From: an uncultured Candidatus Saccharibacteria bacterium
GTDB taxonomy: Bacteria; Patescibacteriota; SOKK01
Direction: 5' to 3'
Length of the DNA: 62,047 bases
Assembly (NCBI GenBank): GCA_964518965.1
Contig: CAZFJP010000014.1
Coordinates: 1-62,047 of the forward strand
The position numbers and the translations under genes are program-made. Positions 7,977 to 17,585 of this stretch are shown piece by piece. The notes below the pieces were generated by a model. The model did not search any database. It had not been told where the DNA came from and worked only from the letters and a program-made list of their open reading frames with translations. Positions within the stretch are counted from its first letter, which is position 1; each line of letters opens with the position of its first letter.

Positions 7977-9995
7977 ATGAGCATTCAAGATTTTCTAACG
8001 GGGACTAATTTAATTTATTTTGCCCTCATTGTCGGGGGATTAGCGGTACTTTATGGATTGATCCTAGTAATTTGGATTTTACGGAAACCAAGTGGCTCTG
8101 GGAGAATGCGAGAAATTTCTCGTGCGATTCAGAAGGGGGCAATGGCTTATTTAAATCGCCAATATCGGGCAGTTTTTCTGGTTGCAGTAGTACTGCTTTT
8201 GGTTCTTTGGTTTACTCTAGGAAAAGTAGTGGCATTAGGGTTTTTAACTGGCGCGGTTCTTTCAGCGCTTGCTGGTTACATTGGTATGAATGTTTCAGTG
8301 CGGGCTAATGTGCGCACTGCCGAAGGAGCTCGATTAGGGCTAGGAAAAGCATTTCGCATTGCTTTTTTAGGGGGGTCGGTGACAGGGTTGCTTGTTGTTG
8401 GTCTAGGATTGTTAGGTGTGACGGGTTTCTATCTAATTTTTAAGGATGTTACTGCTTTAATCGGTTTGGGATTTGGTGGTAGCTTAATTAGCGTCTTTGC
8501 TCGTCTTGGCGGTGGGATTTATACGAAGGGCGCTGATGTCGGTGCCGACCTTGTTGGTAAAGTAGAAAAAGGTATTCCTGAGGATGATCCGCGTAATCCC
8601 GCGGTGATTGCTGATAATGTTGGTGATAATGTCGGCGATTGTGCGGGTATGGCAGCAGATTTATTTGAAACTTACGCAGTGACAGCGATTGCGGCGATGT
8701 TGCTTGGTTCTTTATTATTTAAAAACTTTGAAAATGCTATTTTGCTACCGTTAGTTTTGGGCGCAGTTGCGATTGTTGCATCTATTATTGGTACTTTCTT
8801 TGTTAGAATTAAGGAAAAGGCAAAAATTATGTGGGGACTTTATAAAGGACTGATTGTTAGTTCTCTGGTTGCTTTAGTTGTCTTTATTCCCGCCGTTTAT
8901 TTCTTGATGAAAGATAATGGTAGTTATGCGCTTTGGCAAATTTACTTAGCTACGGTGATTGGTGTTGCAGTTACGGCTTTAATGGTGATTATTACCGAAT
9001 ATTTTACGGCGACAAAGTATCGGCCAGTAAGATCAATTGCTGAATCTAGCGTTACGGGTCACGCGACTAATATTATTACCGGTTTAGCGGTTGGAATGAA
9101 ATCAACTGCTCTGCCTATTTTAGTTATTGCAGCGGGAATCATTGGCGCTTATAGTTTAGCAGGATTGTACGGAGTAGCTTTGGCTGCGATGAGTATGTTG
9201 TCAATGACAGGAATTATTGTGGCGATTGATGCTTTTGGTCCGATTACTGATAACGCCGGCGGCATTGCTGAGATGGCAAAGTTATCTAAGAAAGTGCGCG
9301 ATAACACTGATCCCTTAGATGCGGTGGGAAATACCACAAAGGCAATTACTAAAGGTTATGCAATTGCTTCGGCAGGACTGGCGGCAGTGGTTTTATTTGC
9401 TTCTTATATTCATGAATTCGTAAGTCGCGGCAGAGAAGTTATTTTCAAATTAGATGATCCTTATGTTTTAGTGGGATTGTTTATTGGTGGCTTACTTCCC
9501 TATCTTTTTGGTGCACTTGCAATGCAAGCAGTAGGCAAGACAGGCGGTGCGGTTGTTTCCGAGGTGCGTCGTCAGTTTAAACGGATCAAGGGGATTATGC
9601 AAAATAAAGCGAAGCCGGATTATGCTAAAGCCGTTGATATTGTCACCCAGTCGGCAATTAGACAAATGATTTTACCGGCATTAATTCCGGTCGTAGTTCC
9701 GATTTTGGTGGGATTGATTCTTGGTCCAGAAGCACTTGGTGGTTTACTCGTCGGAAGTATTGTCACGGGAATTTTTGTGGCGATTTCGATGACTTCCGGT
9801 GGCGCCGCTTGGGATAACGCGAAAAAGTATATTGAGAGCGGGAAATTAGGCGGTAAAGGCAGTGATGCTCACAAGGCGGCAGTAACCGGCGACACTGTCG
9901 GTGATCCTTACAAGGATACCGCTGGTCCGGCAATCAATCCAATGATAAAAATAGCGAACGTTGTTGCATTGTTGATAGTTGGATTTCTAAGATAG
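7977..9995 (+). CDS. hppA: Membrane-bound ion-pumping pyrophosphatase
   Basis: 672 aa, polytopic. [18 protein letters not shown] and [14 protein letters not shown] signature blocks. Confidence 0.95.
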   Translation: MSIQDFLTGTNLIYFALIVGGLAVLYGLILVIWILRKPSGSGRMREISRAIQKGAMAYLNRQYRAVFLVAVVLLLVLWFTLGKVVALGFLTGAVLSALAGYIGMNVSVRANVRTAEGARLGLGKAFRIAFLGGSVTGLLVVGLGLLGVTGFYLIFKDVTALIGLGFGGSLISVFARLGGGIYTKGADVGADLVGKVEKGIPEDDPRNPAVIADNVGDNVGDCAGMAADLFETYAVTAIAAMLLGSLLFKNFENAILLPLVLGAVAIVASIIGTFFVRIKEKAKIMWGLYKGLIVSSLVALVVFIPAVYFLMKDNGSYALWQIYLATVIGVAVTALMVIITEYFTATKYRPVRSIAESSVTGHATNIITGLAVGMKSTALPILVIAAGIIGAYSLAGLYGVALAAMSMLSMTGIIVAIDAFGPITDNAGGIAEMAKLSKKVRDNTDPLDAVGNTTKAITKGYAIASAGLAAVVLFASYIHEFVSRGREVIFKLDDPYVLVGLFIGGLLPYLFGALAMQAVGKTGGAVVSEVRRQFKRIKGIMQNKAKPDYAKAVDIVTQSAIRQMILPALIPVVVPILVGLILGPEALGGLLVGSIVTGIFVAISMTSGGAAWDNAKKYIESGKLGGKGSDAHKAAVTGDTVGDPYKDTAGPAINPMIKIANVVALLIVGFLR

Positions 9996-10025
9996 AGATT
10001 TTAACGCTGTTGTAAATGTTAACAA

Positions 10026-10117
10026 TAGGGCAGAGTTCAGGGGGTATAGTTTTTGTCTTTAAGACTTAAAGCCCAAAGGCCTTAACTCTGCTCTGTACTC
10101 TCTGACCTCTGCTCTTA
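10026..10117. repeat. Compound hairpin, AGGGCAGAG / CTCTGCTCT family
   Basis: Shares atagggcagagtt (13 nt) and gtctttaagac (11 nt) with 37427-37535. Ends about 15 nt before the ATG at 10132. Confidence 0.8.
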
Positions 10118-10131
10118 TATCACTCATTTCT

Positions 10132-10377
10132 ATGACTCCCGATAAAATCAAAAATCTTGGTGCCAAGAAAGTTATCCTTGATCGCTTTGAAGGTGGATCA
10201 GCGGTGTTTAAATTTGAAGACGGTCAGGAATTGAAATGGGAAAAAGAGAATTTACCCAGGAATTTTAAAGTTGGTGATGAGATTGTTTTTAAACTAGCTA
10301 CATTTGATAGTGAGATAAAAGAGCGAGAAGAAATTGCCCGGAAATTATTAGAAGAAATTCTTAATAAGGCAAAATAA
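10132..10377 (+). CDS. DUF3006-like small protein
   Basis: 81 aa. DRFEGGSAVFKFEDGQE..LP..KVGDEIVF resembles the DUF3006 pattern. Confidence 0.55.
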   Translation: MTPDKIKNLGAKKVILDRFEGGSAVFKFEDGQELKWEKENLPRNFKVGDEIVFKLATFDSEIKEREEIARKLLEEILNKAK

Positions 10378-10428
10378 TTGTTTCTGCCAGAGATAGATTG
10401 GCCTCTGGTAGAGTTGCTAATTAAATGA

Positions 10429-12396
10429 TTGATGGATGAAGATGAGGAAGTTAAAAATTTAGGACCTTCTAAGACTTTTGACTCAGTTACTGGTAAAAAA
10501 AAGCACAAGAAGCATCGTTTCTCTGTACAGTCGGGGAAAGAGCGTCACAAGACTAAGAAAATCAGTTCAAAGAAGGTTAGGAGAAAGAAGTGTTTTTATG
10601 AGAAACTGGGCTTTTGGATGTTGTTATTAGTTTATCTGGCAATCGCAGTTTTGATTGCCTTTTTTGTCTGGCAAAATATTGCCTATGCAGAGAAGGTTTT
10701 TGTCGGGGGAACTGTTGGCCACTTGAATCTCACTGGAAAAACAAGAGAGGAAGCCTATAACTATCTGCAAGAAAGAATTAAAGATTATTCCAATACCAAA
10801 GTAATTCTGCATTATCAGGACAAAGTATACCAACCAACATTTAAAGAGTTGGGAATGACAGTTGATTCTGTTGGTACTATTGATGCGGTTTTTTCGTTTG
10901 GTAAAAGAGGGAGTATTTTTCAGCAGTTCGGTGAACAGTTGATTCTACTGTCAGGATTTTATCGGCAACCTTTAATTACTAGTTTTGATTCTGATAAGAT
11001 AGATAATTATTTTTTCAAACATGCTAAGGGAATAACGCGAAAAGTTCAGGAGGCAACTCTTCGTTTTGATGGAAAAAATTTTGTGCCGGTGAAGGGAAAG
11101 ACGGGGAAGCATTTTAATAGTGCAGCTATTATTAGTGTTTTACTTAAAGCAACTAGGAATCTAGAAGATCTTGAAACTGATTTGCAACTAATTCAAATTG
11201 ATCCTGTTTTGACTGTGAAAGATATTACTAAGACCAAGAAAGCTGCGGAAGCAATTTTAAATCGTGGTTTTACCCTGACTTCTTCAGTAAAAAACTTCAC
11301 GATTGGAAAAGAGCGGTTAGGTTACTGGCTTTCTTTTAGAGCAGTCAAGGTAGAAAAAGCAGAGAAGAATGCAGGAAGTTATCTGACTAATAATCCAAGC
11401 CTGCTTATGAAAAGCAGTTTGCCAAAAGTTTTGGTAGTTGTTTTAAATGAAAACGTTGTCGGTGAGTATATTGGTGAGATTGCACCGGAAGTTGATCGAA
11501 CGCCGACTAATATTCGTCTTTCTTATAGTGGAGGAAAATTGCGGGTGATTTCCTCCAGTCGCAAGGGTTCATCAGTTGAAATTAAAAAAACGATTGTGGG
11601 GATTGAACTAGCAATTCAGGAGAAAAAGAACCAAGCGAAGATTGAAATGAAAACTGCCAATCCCCAAATCACTGAAAAAGATTTAAACAAATTAGGAATT
11701 AAAGAGCTGATTGGGCAAGGTACTTCTAATTTCGCTGGCTCACCGACTAATCGCATTCATAATATTTATACTGGCGCTGCAGCTTGTAATGGGATAATTA
11801 TTGCGCCGGGAGAGGAATTTTCGCTGAATAAAACTCTAGGGGAAATTAGTGGGCGCACTGGTTATTTGAAGGAGTTAGTGATTAAAGGAAACAGAATTGT
11901 TCCCGAATATGGAGGTGGTTTATGCCAAATTGCAACTACTTGTTTCCGTGCCGCTCTGAATACTGGTTTACCAATTACTGAGCGTTCCGAACACCGTTTC
12001 CGCGTAATGTACTACGAGCCGGCGGGAACGGATGCAACTATTTATAATCCCCACCCCGATTTACGTTTTATTAATGATACTGGAAATCATATTTTGATTC
12101 AGACCAGTATCTCGGGGAATAATTTAACCTTTGATTTCTTCGGGACAAAAGATGGACGTACCGTAAAAGTTGAAGGTCCTTATATCTCCGCCGGTGCTAG
12201 TCCCGGTCCAGCGCAAACAATTGTTGATCCCAGTATGACGCCGGGGTCAAGAGTAATGGTGGAAGGCGCCTTTTCCGGCGCAAAGGCAGTTCTTTATCGC
12301 TATATTTATCGTGGGGGGAAGTTGATAAAGAAGGATACTTTTCACAGCACTTATATTCCCCAAGCGGCGGTATATCGGGTAGGACCTTCAAATTAG
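10429..12396 (+). CDS. VanW family protein with basic cytoplasmic tail and TM anchor
   Basis: 655 aa. Lys-rich N-terminus, one TM helix, C-terminal VanW core (GGGLCQIATTCFRAALNTGLPITERSEHRF). Confidence 0.85.
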   Translation: MMDEDEEVKNLGPSKTFDSVTGKKKHKKHRFSVQSGKERHKTKKISSKKVRRKKCFYEKLGFWMLLLVYLAIAVLIAFFVWQNIAYAEKVFVGGTVGHLNLTGKTREEAYNYLQERIKDYSNTKVILHYQDKVYQPTFKELGMTVDSVGTIDAVFSFGKRGSIFQQFGEQLILLSGFYRQPLITSFDSDKIDNYFFKHAKGITRKVQEATLRFDGKNFVPVKGKTGKHFNSAAIISVLLKATRNLEDLETDLQLIQIDPVLTVKDITKTKKAAEAILNRGFTLTSSVKNFTIGKERLGYWLSFRAVKVEKAEKNAGSYLTNNPSLLMKSSLPKVLVVVLNENVVGEYIGEIAPEVDRTPTNIRLSYSGGKLRVISSSRKGSSVEIKKTIVGIELAIQEKKNQAKIEMKTANPQITEKDLNKLGIKELIGQGTSNFAGSPTNRIHNIYTGAAACNGIIIAPGEEFSLNKTLGEISGRTGYLKELVIKGNRIVPEYGGGLCQIATTCFRAALNTGLPITERSEHRFRVMYYEPAGTDATIYNPHPDLRFINDTGNHILIQTSISGNNLTFDFFGTKDGRTVKVEGPYISAGASPGPAQTIVDPSMTPGSRVMVEGAFSGAKAVLYRYIYRGGKLIKKDTFHSTYIPQAAVYRVGPSN

Positions 12397-12538
12397 GGCA
12401 AAAAGACATTTGCCTTATGACAAGGGAGGTTATGGGGCGGAGTTACTAGATCTAGAAACTTTGCCCTATAACTTGCGACCTTTGACCTTGTTTAGGCAAG
12501 AGGTTGCGGGAGTGGATAAGTGAGGTGCCATACAAAAT

Positions 12539-13834
12539 ATGCGAGCACAATGGTTTAAGACCGGTTTTATTTTAGCAGGTATTGGGTCGGCGATCGGTTT
12601 AGGTAACATCTGGCGTTTCCCTTACATTGTTGGTGAGAATGGCGGGGGGACATTTCTGATTCCCTATTTTATTGCCGTGTTGTTTTTGGGGATTCCGGTA
12701 ATGTTAATGGAGTTTGCGACAGGAAGGAGCTTTAAAGGTTCAGTGTTAACTTCTTTAAAAAGGATAAATTCTAAAGTTGCCTTAATTGGCTTGCTTCCGG
12801 TCGCGGTGGTGCTTTTCATTTTGAGCTATTACCTGGTGGTTACTGGCTGGACCTTTGCGTATTTTCTCTTTTCTCTTTTTGGGAATGTAAACTTTGAGAC
12901 ATTTACAAAAACAATATATCCGCTATTTTTCTTTTTCGGAGCTATCCTACTTGTAGCAGTGATCGTGAAGTTTGGAATCAAGAAAGGAATCGAGAGAACC
13001 TGCAGATTCTTACTCCCATTGCTACTTATATTGATTTTAGTTCTAGTGGTCAGAGCAATTTCTCTCCCTGGCGCAAGGGAAGGTATAAAGTTTTATCTCA
13101 CGCCCAATTTGAGTGTCTTGTCAAATCCTCATATCTGGCTACTAGCGTGCGGACAAGCTCTTTTTTCACTGTCGGCTGGTTTTGGGATTTTGCTCACTTA
13201 TGGAAGTTACTTGAGTAAGAAGGAGGGGGTGCCGAGAAGCGTGTTTATGATTGCTGGCGCTGATACCTTGATAGCAATATTAGCTGGGTTTATCATCTTT
13301 CCGATTGTGTTTTCCTTTGGTTTCAATCCTGCGGCAGGACCAGAGTTGGCATTCGTGACGTTACCGGAGATATTTTCAGTGATGTGGGGAGGAAAATTTT
13401 TCGGGGCAGTATTTTTCTTGCTACTGTTTGTTGCCGCGATAACATCTGCGATTTCAATGTTGGAAGTGGGGGTAACTACTCTTATAGACGAGCGTAAATT
13501 CAGTAGAACGAAAGCAACTGTTCTTGTCTCTCTTGTTGTAGTCGTGGTAGGAATACCCTCGGCATTGAGTTACGCTGGTTTTAATTTGATTGTGTGGGGC
13601 AAGTCATTTTTAGATTTCATGGATCTCATTTTTGGTTCTTTGCTGATACCGGTGGTCGCGGCACTACTTTGTATTGTTATTACTTGGTTCTGGAAGCCGA
13701 AGAGACTTCTCAAGGAGATTAATAGAAATAGTGAGATCAGAATTCCATTTATTGCTGTTTACTTGATTAAATATATTATCCCTGTCGTTCTCCTTGTTGT
13801 TTTTATCCTTGAAGTGCTAAGAGTTTCGTTTTAA
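12539..13834 (+). CDS. Sodium-dependent transporter, NSS/SNF family
   Basis: 431 aa, polytopic. N-terminal GLGNIWRFPY signature. Confidence 0.9.
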   Translation: MRAQWFKTGFILAGIGSAIGLGNIWRFPYIVGENGGGTFLIPYFIAVLFLGIPVMLMEFATGRSFKGSVLTSLKRINSKVALIGLLPVAVVLFILSYYLVVTGWTFAYFLFSLFGNVNFETFTKTIYPLFFFFGAILLVAVIVKFGIKKGIERTCRFLLPLLLILILVLVVRAISLPGAREGIKFYLTPNLSVLSNPHIWLLACGQALFSLSAGFGILLTYGSYLSKKEGVPRSVFMIAGADTLIAILAGFIIFPIVFSFGFNPAAGPELAFVTLPEIFSVMWGGKFFGAVFFLLLFVAAITSAISMLEVGVTTLIDERKFSRTKATVLVSLVVVVVGIPSALSYAGFNLIVWGKSFLDFMDLIFGSLLIPVVAALLCIVITWFWKPKRLLKEINRNSEIRIPFIAVYLIKYIIPVVLLVVFILEVLRVSF

Positions 13835-13904
13835 CTGGGAGGGGTGCTAGAGTGGTTTAATAAATCGCCCTCGCCAAGCTATGAAGGCATGGCAAGGAGG
13901 GACT

Positions 13905-14173
13905 ATGTGTTACGTTTATGTTTTACTTTTGAGAAATAAACAACTCTACAAAGGTTTAACTGGAGATTTAAAGAAAAGAGTTAAGGATCATCATCGATTA
14001 GGTAAAGTTAAGTTAACTCGATTAAGAAGACCATTGAAATTAATTCATTATGAGGTTTATCTCTTAAAGAGTCCGATGCGTTACGAAGAGAAAAGTTTTT
14101 GAAAAAGAGTGACGGTATGAAGTCACTAAAGCGACAGATTAGAGATATTTTGAAGAAAGAAATGGCGATCTAA
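13905..14173 (+). pseudogene. GIY-YIG nuclease-family gene interrupted by a frameshift
   Basis: MCYVYVLL..LYKGLTGDLKKRVKDHH..LIHYEVY in one frame. The expected C-terminus (LKESDALRREKFLKKSDGMKSLKRQI..) is in the -1 frame from about 14063-14069. Confidence 0.6.
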
Positions 14174-14190
14174 TTTGTAGTGTAGTTTAA

Positions 14191-14281
14191 GGAGAGGTGC
14201 CGGAGTGGTTGATCGGGGCGCTCTCGAAAAGCGCTGTGCCACTTTGTGGCACCGTGAGTCCGAATCTCACCCTCTCCGCCA
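14191..14281 (+). tRNA. tRNA-Ser (anticodon CGA), type II with long variable arm, CCA encoded
   Basis: Acceptor ggagagg/cctctcc. Anticodon stem gcgct/agcgc with loop ctCGAaa. Variable arm gtgcca-ctttg-tggcac. T arm gtgag-tccgaat-ctcac. Discriminator g plus cca. Confidence 0.9.
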
Positions 14282-14292
14282 GTAATTGAAAA

Positions 14293-14433
14293 ATGCGCAA
14301 TAAAAAACTCATCAAAGTTATTTTACTTTTACTTTTAGGAATTCTGATTGTCGGTGGGACACTTTATTTGGGACACTTGGTACAAGAGCGGTGCAATGAG
14401 GAGCAGAAAGTAGAAGAAGGGATTAAGTTTTAA
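14293..14433 (+). CDS. 46-aa single-TM peptide (not in the ORF track)
   Basis: MRNKKLIKVILLLLLGILIVGGTLYLG.. The stop is 2 nt before the next gene's ATG. Confidence 0.35.
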   Translation: MRNKKLIKVILLLLLGILIVGGTLYLGHLVQERCNEEQKVEEGIKF

Positions 14434-14435
14434 AT

Positions 14436-14921
14436 ATGTCGCTTAAAAAATATCAAACTAAACGCGATTTCAAAAAAACTTCTGAACCTAAGGGAAAGGT
14501 AAAGGGTAAAGGGCAAAAGGTAAAAGGTTTGATTTTTGTAGTTCAAGAACATCATGCCTCGCATTTGCATTATGATTTTCGTTTGGAAGTCGGCGGTGAG
14601 TTAGTTTCCTTTGCGGTTCCGAAGGGGTTTCCCAAAACGCCGAAAGAACGGCATTTAGCGGTAAAAGTAGAGAATCATCCTTTGGAATATGCTAAGTTTA
14701 AAGGGGTAATTCCGAAAGGCGAATATGGCGCTGGAAAAGTTTTGATTTGGGATGAAGGAACTTATAGACCGCTTGCTCCAATGGAGAAAATGTTAAAAGA
14801 AGGGAAGGCGACCTTTGAACTTATGGGAAGGAAGCTCAAAGGCGAGTGGGCACTGATTAGATTCAAAGGGAGTGAGAAAAATTGGCTTTTGATTAAGAAA
14901 AAAAGTAATTTTAATTTCTAA
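14436..14921 (+). CDS. Stand-alone DNA ligase D 3'-phosphoesterase (PE) domain protein
   Basis: 161 aa. YQTKRDFKKTSEP, VVQEHHASHLHYDFRLE, VPKGFP, ENHPLEY..F.G.IPKGEYGAG.V.IWD.GTY blocks. Confidence 0.85.
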   Translation: MSLKKYQTKRDFKKTSEPKGKVKGKGQKVKGLIFVVQEHHASHLHYDFRLEVGGELVSFAVPKGFPKTPKERHLAVKVENHPLEYAKFKGVIPKGEYGAGKVLIWDEGTYRPLAPMEKMLKEGKATFELMGRKLKGEWALIRFKGSEKNWLLIKKKSNFNF

Positions 14922-14931
14922 AGGAGAATCA

Positions 14932-15657
14932 ATGCACAAAAAGAGTCTGATGATTGCAGGAATCGGCATTCTTGCAATTGTCGTCGTCGCAACTGCGGCG
15001 GGATGCTCTTGGTTTAAATTGAGTAAGGGAGACCAGAAAGATTTAATCACCAAAGCATCCGAGAATCTCAGCAACGCAAAAGCGTATGAGATTAAAGGGA
15101 CCATGAATCAAAAAGGGACTAGTTATGATATTGAACTTACAAAGTCCGGAGATGAGTTCAGTATGTCAATGACAAGTAAGGGTGCTACTTTGAAAATTGC
15201 AAGCATCAGCGGTTATACTTACCTTGGTAATTCCAGCGAATGGCTTCGTTATAAATCTGATACCAGCGATTCCACTAAAGATTTGGCAAAGAGTTTTGAT
15301 TTCAAAGAAGTTAGTAAGGATTTCAATGCGTCTGCCATTGACAGTGGTAAAATTGTTTATGTTGGTAAAGAATCAGTGGATGGTACAGGTTGTCACAAGT
15401 TTACCTATACTGATTTAGGATCAGATACTCAAGATGGTATTCTCTGGATTTCGGCGAGTAAAAAAGAAATTAAAAAAATCGCTATTACTAGTGCCAAAGA
15501 TGAAACAACCGGTGAGATAGTATTTGATTACAGTGATGTTAGCGTTGATGCACCCAAAGATTATACGGAAGTTGATATCCAAAAAGATTATCAGAAGATC
15601 TTTAATATCATGAGTGAATTCATGAAGGCGAATCCGAATTTTGGCAAGAGTTCCTAA
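14932..15657 (+). CDS. Lipoprotein, unknown function
   Basis: Signal peptide with lipobox (ATAAGC), then a 210-aa beta-rich domain. Confidence 0.65.
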   Translation: MHKKSLMIAGIGILAIVVVATAAGCSWFKLSKGDQKDLITKASENLSNAKAYEIKGTMNQKGTSYDIELTKSGDEFSMSMTSKGATLKIASISGYTYLGNSSEWLRYKSDTSDSTKDLAKSFDFKEVSKDFNASAIDSGKIVYVGKESVDGTGCHKFTYTDLGSDTQDGILWISASKKEIKKIAITSAKDETTGEIVFDYSDVSVDAPKDYTEVDIQKDYQKIFNIMSEFMKANPNFGKSS

Positions 15658-15671
15658 AATAGCTCAGAATT

Positions 15672-15710
15672 AAACCCGTCCGAGAGCATAAACTCGGGCG
15701 GGTTTATGTT
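15672..15710 (+). terminator. Intrinsic terminator
   Basis: aaacccgtccgag-agcataaa-ctcgggcgggttt followed by atgtt. Confidence 0.65.
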
Positions 15711-15830
15711 ATAATAGAGTAAACTTAAAACGAAAAATGAAAAACGAAAAAGTAGATATGTAATCTTTATTACCAAAAGCTTCGTCAGGATAGGCATGCT
15801 ACGTCTCTGCAAAAGATATTTAATAAGATT

Positions 15831-17486
15831 ATGAAAGACAAGCATTACAATTCATTTCTAGATGTTCTCAAGACGATTAATCGCGGCACGGAGGAAAGAG
15901 AAACGCAGATTAAGGCATTAGCTTTTGGGATGTCCTATGTAAACCTTTTTGGCTATCCCATTGATCTGACGGTTTTAGCATTAATTGATGAGAATACTGC
16001 TGCGGAAAATCGCATCATTGCTTTTTATAAAGGTGGAGGAAAGCTTCGTATCGGAATAGTTGATCCGGGTAATGATCGGGCCAAGAAAATTGGGGAAAAA
16101 ATTGCCAAGACAGAAGGTATTAAGGTGGAATTTAGTTTAATTTCGGAAAGCAGTTTTCTTTACGCTCTGGAGCTTTATAATAAAATTATTCTTACCAAGC
16201 AAATTGCGGAAGATATTGAGGTTAAGGCAGAAGATATTAGTAAGTTTCAGGAGAGGATCAGAAATTTGTCCGAACTACAGCAGCGTATTTCCAATGTTCC
16301 GACGACAGATGTTGTCAATACTCTTTTTGCCGGCGGAATTGTCGGTCGGGCTTCTGACATTCATTTAGAACCGGAGGAAGAAAAAGTAAAAGTGCGCTAT
16401 CGCATTGATGGTGTTTTGCATGATATTGCGGAGATGGAGAAGGAAATTTACCAGACCGTTGTTTCACGCATTAAATTCTTGGCAAAGATAAAATTAAATA
16501 TTGCTGATATCCCGCAAGACGGCAAGTTTAGTGTGCGAAGCATGGGTAGGCGTTTTGATGTTCGTGTTTCTACTCTTCCGACTCCTGCCGGTGAGAGCAT
16601 CGTGATGCGCTTATTAGATCAACAGCAGCGGGTTCTTTCCCTGGAAGAATTGGGATTGATGGGCAAAGCATTGGAAGAAGTGGAAAAAGCAATTAAAAAA
16701 CCGAATGGCATGGTGTTGAGCACCGGACCGACAGGTTCCGGTAAAACTACCACGATGTATGCGTTCTTGGGAAAATTAAATACCGAGGAAAAGAAAATTA
16801 TTACTATTGAGGATCCGATTGAATATCGCCTACCGAATATTTCCCAGTCCCAAGTGGAACCGGAAAGTAATTATACTTTTGCTAATGGTTTACGTTCTAT
16901 TGTTCGTCAGGATCCGGATGTTGTCATGGTCGGGGAAATTCGCGACAAGGAAACTGCTGATATTGCTATTAATGCGGCATTAACCGGTCATCTAATGCTC
17001 TCTACTTTACATACCAATGATGCCGCTGGTGCTGTTCCCCGCTTGATTGATATCGGTGTCCAACCGTTTTTAATCTCTTCAGCGTTAAATGTCGTCATTG
17101 CCCAGCGTTTGATTCGCCGAGTTTGCGAAGAATGTGTGACGGAAAGAAAAATTAAACCGGAAGAGTTGGCCAAAATTAAAGAAGTAATTGCCAAGATCCC
17201 CGCGGATATTACTAAGGATATTAAATTAGATGAAAATACTATTTTAAGGGAGGGTAGGGGTTGTGAGGCTTGTAACAATACTGGCTATAAAGGTCGCACG
17301 GGTTTGTTTGAGGTATTAGTCGTTGGTGACGCGATGAAAAAATTAATTCACGGTGGTGCCTCCGATCGGGAAGTAAAAGAATTAGCATTAAAAGAAGGAA
17401 TGGTGACGATGGAACAGGATGGGGTTTTGAAGGTTTTGGATGGGGTGACGACTTTGGATGAGGTGGAGAGGATGACGCAAGAATAA
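15831..17486 (+). CDS. pilB: Type IV pilus / type II secretion assembly ATPase (GspE/PilB family)
   Basis: 551 aa. N-terminal GSPII_E-like domain, Walker A GPTGSGKTTT, Asp/His boxes, C-terminal CxxC..CxxC zinc motif. Confidence 0.9.
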   Translation: MKDKHYNSFLDVLKTINRGTEERETQIKALAFGMSYVNLFGYPIDLTVLALIDENTAAENRIIAFYKGGGKLRIGIVDPGNDRAKKIGEKIAKTEGIKVEFSLISESSFLYALELYNKIILTKQIAEDIEVKAEDISKFQERIRNLSELQQRISNVPTTDVVNTLFAGGIVGRASDIHLEPEEEKVKVRYRIDGVLHDIAEMEKEIYQTVVSRIKFLAKIKLNIADIPQDGKFSVRSMGRRFDVRVSTLPTPAGESIVMRLLDQQQRVLSLEELGLMGKALEEVEKAIKKPNGMVLSTGPTGSGKTTTMYAFLGKLNTEEKKIITIEDPIEYRLPNISQSQVEPESNYTFANGLRSIVRQDPDVVMVGEIRDKETADIAINAALTGHLMLSTLHTNDAAGAVPRLIDIGVQPFLISSALNVVIAQRLIRRVCEECVTERKIKPEELAKIKEVIAKIPADITKDIKLDENTILREGRGCEACNNTGYKGRTGLFEVLVVGDAMKKLIHGGASDREVKELALKEGMVTMEQDGVLKVLDGVTTLDEVERMTQE

Positions 17487-17500
17487 ATCGTTTAACCAAG

Positions 17501-17530
17501 TGTAGGAACGCGTCACGGCATATCTCTACA
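17501..17530. repeat. Degenerate copy of the GTAGAGACGC..CATG..GCGTCTCTAC palindrome family
   Basis: tgtaggaacgcgtcacggcatatctctaca, preceded by TAAatcgttt as at 38981-38990. Confidence 0.5.
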
Positions 17531-17542
17531 AGTGCGAAATAT

Positions 17543-17567
17543 AAAAACAGGGTTTAATCCTGTTTTT
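17543..17567. terminator. Bidirectional intrinsic terminator
   Basis: aaaaacagg-gtttaat-cctgttttt between convergent pilB and yebC. Confidence 0.8.
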
Positions 17568-17585
17568 ATTGTATTGACAGTACTT

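Noticed and set aside
14063-14069. Programmed -1 ribosomal frameshift in the GIY-YIG gene
   Set aside because: The shift site cttaaag is not a canonical X-XXY-YYZ heptamer, and no downstream pseudoknot or hairpin is evident. An indel or assembly error is more parsimonious.
16988-17499. Antisense ORFs within the pilB 3' region (16988-17278, 17239-17499)
   Set aside because: They lie entirely inside a well-supported PilB coding sequence. Their products are low-complexity Pro/Ser/Leu-rich sequence.
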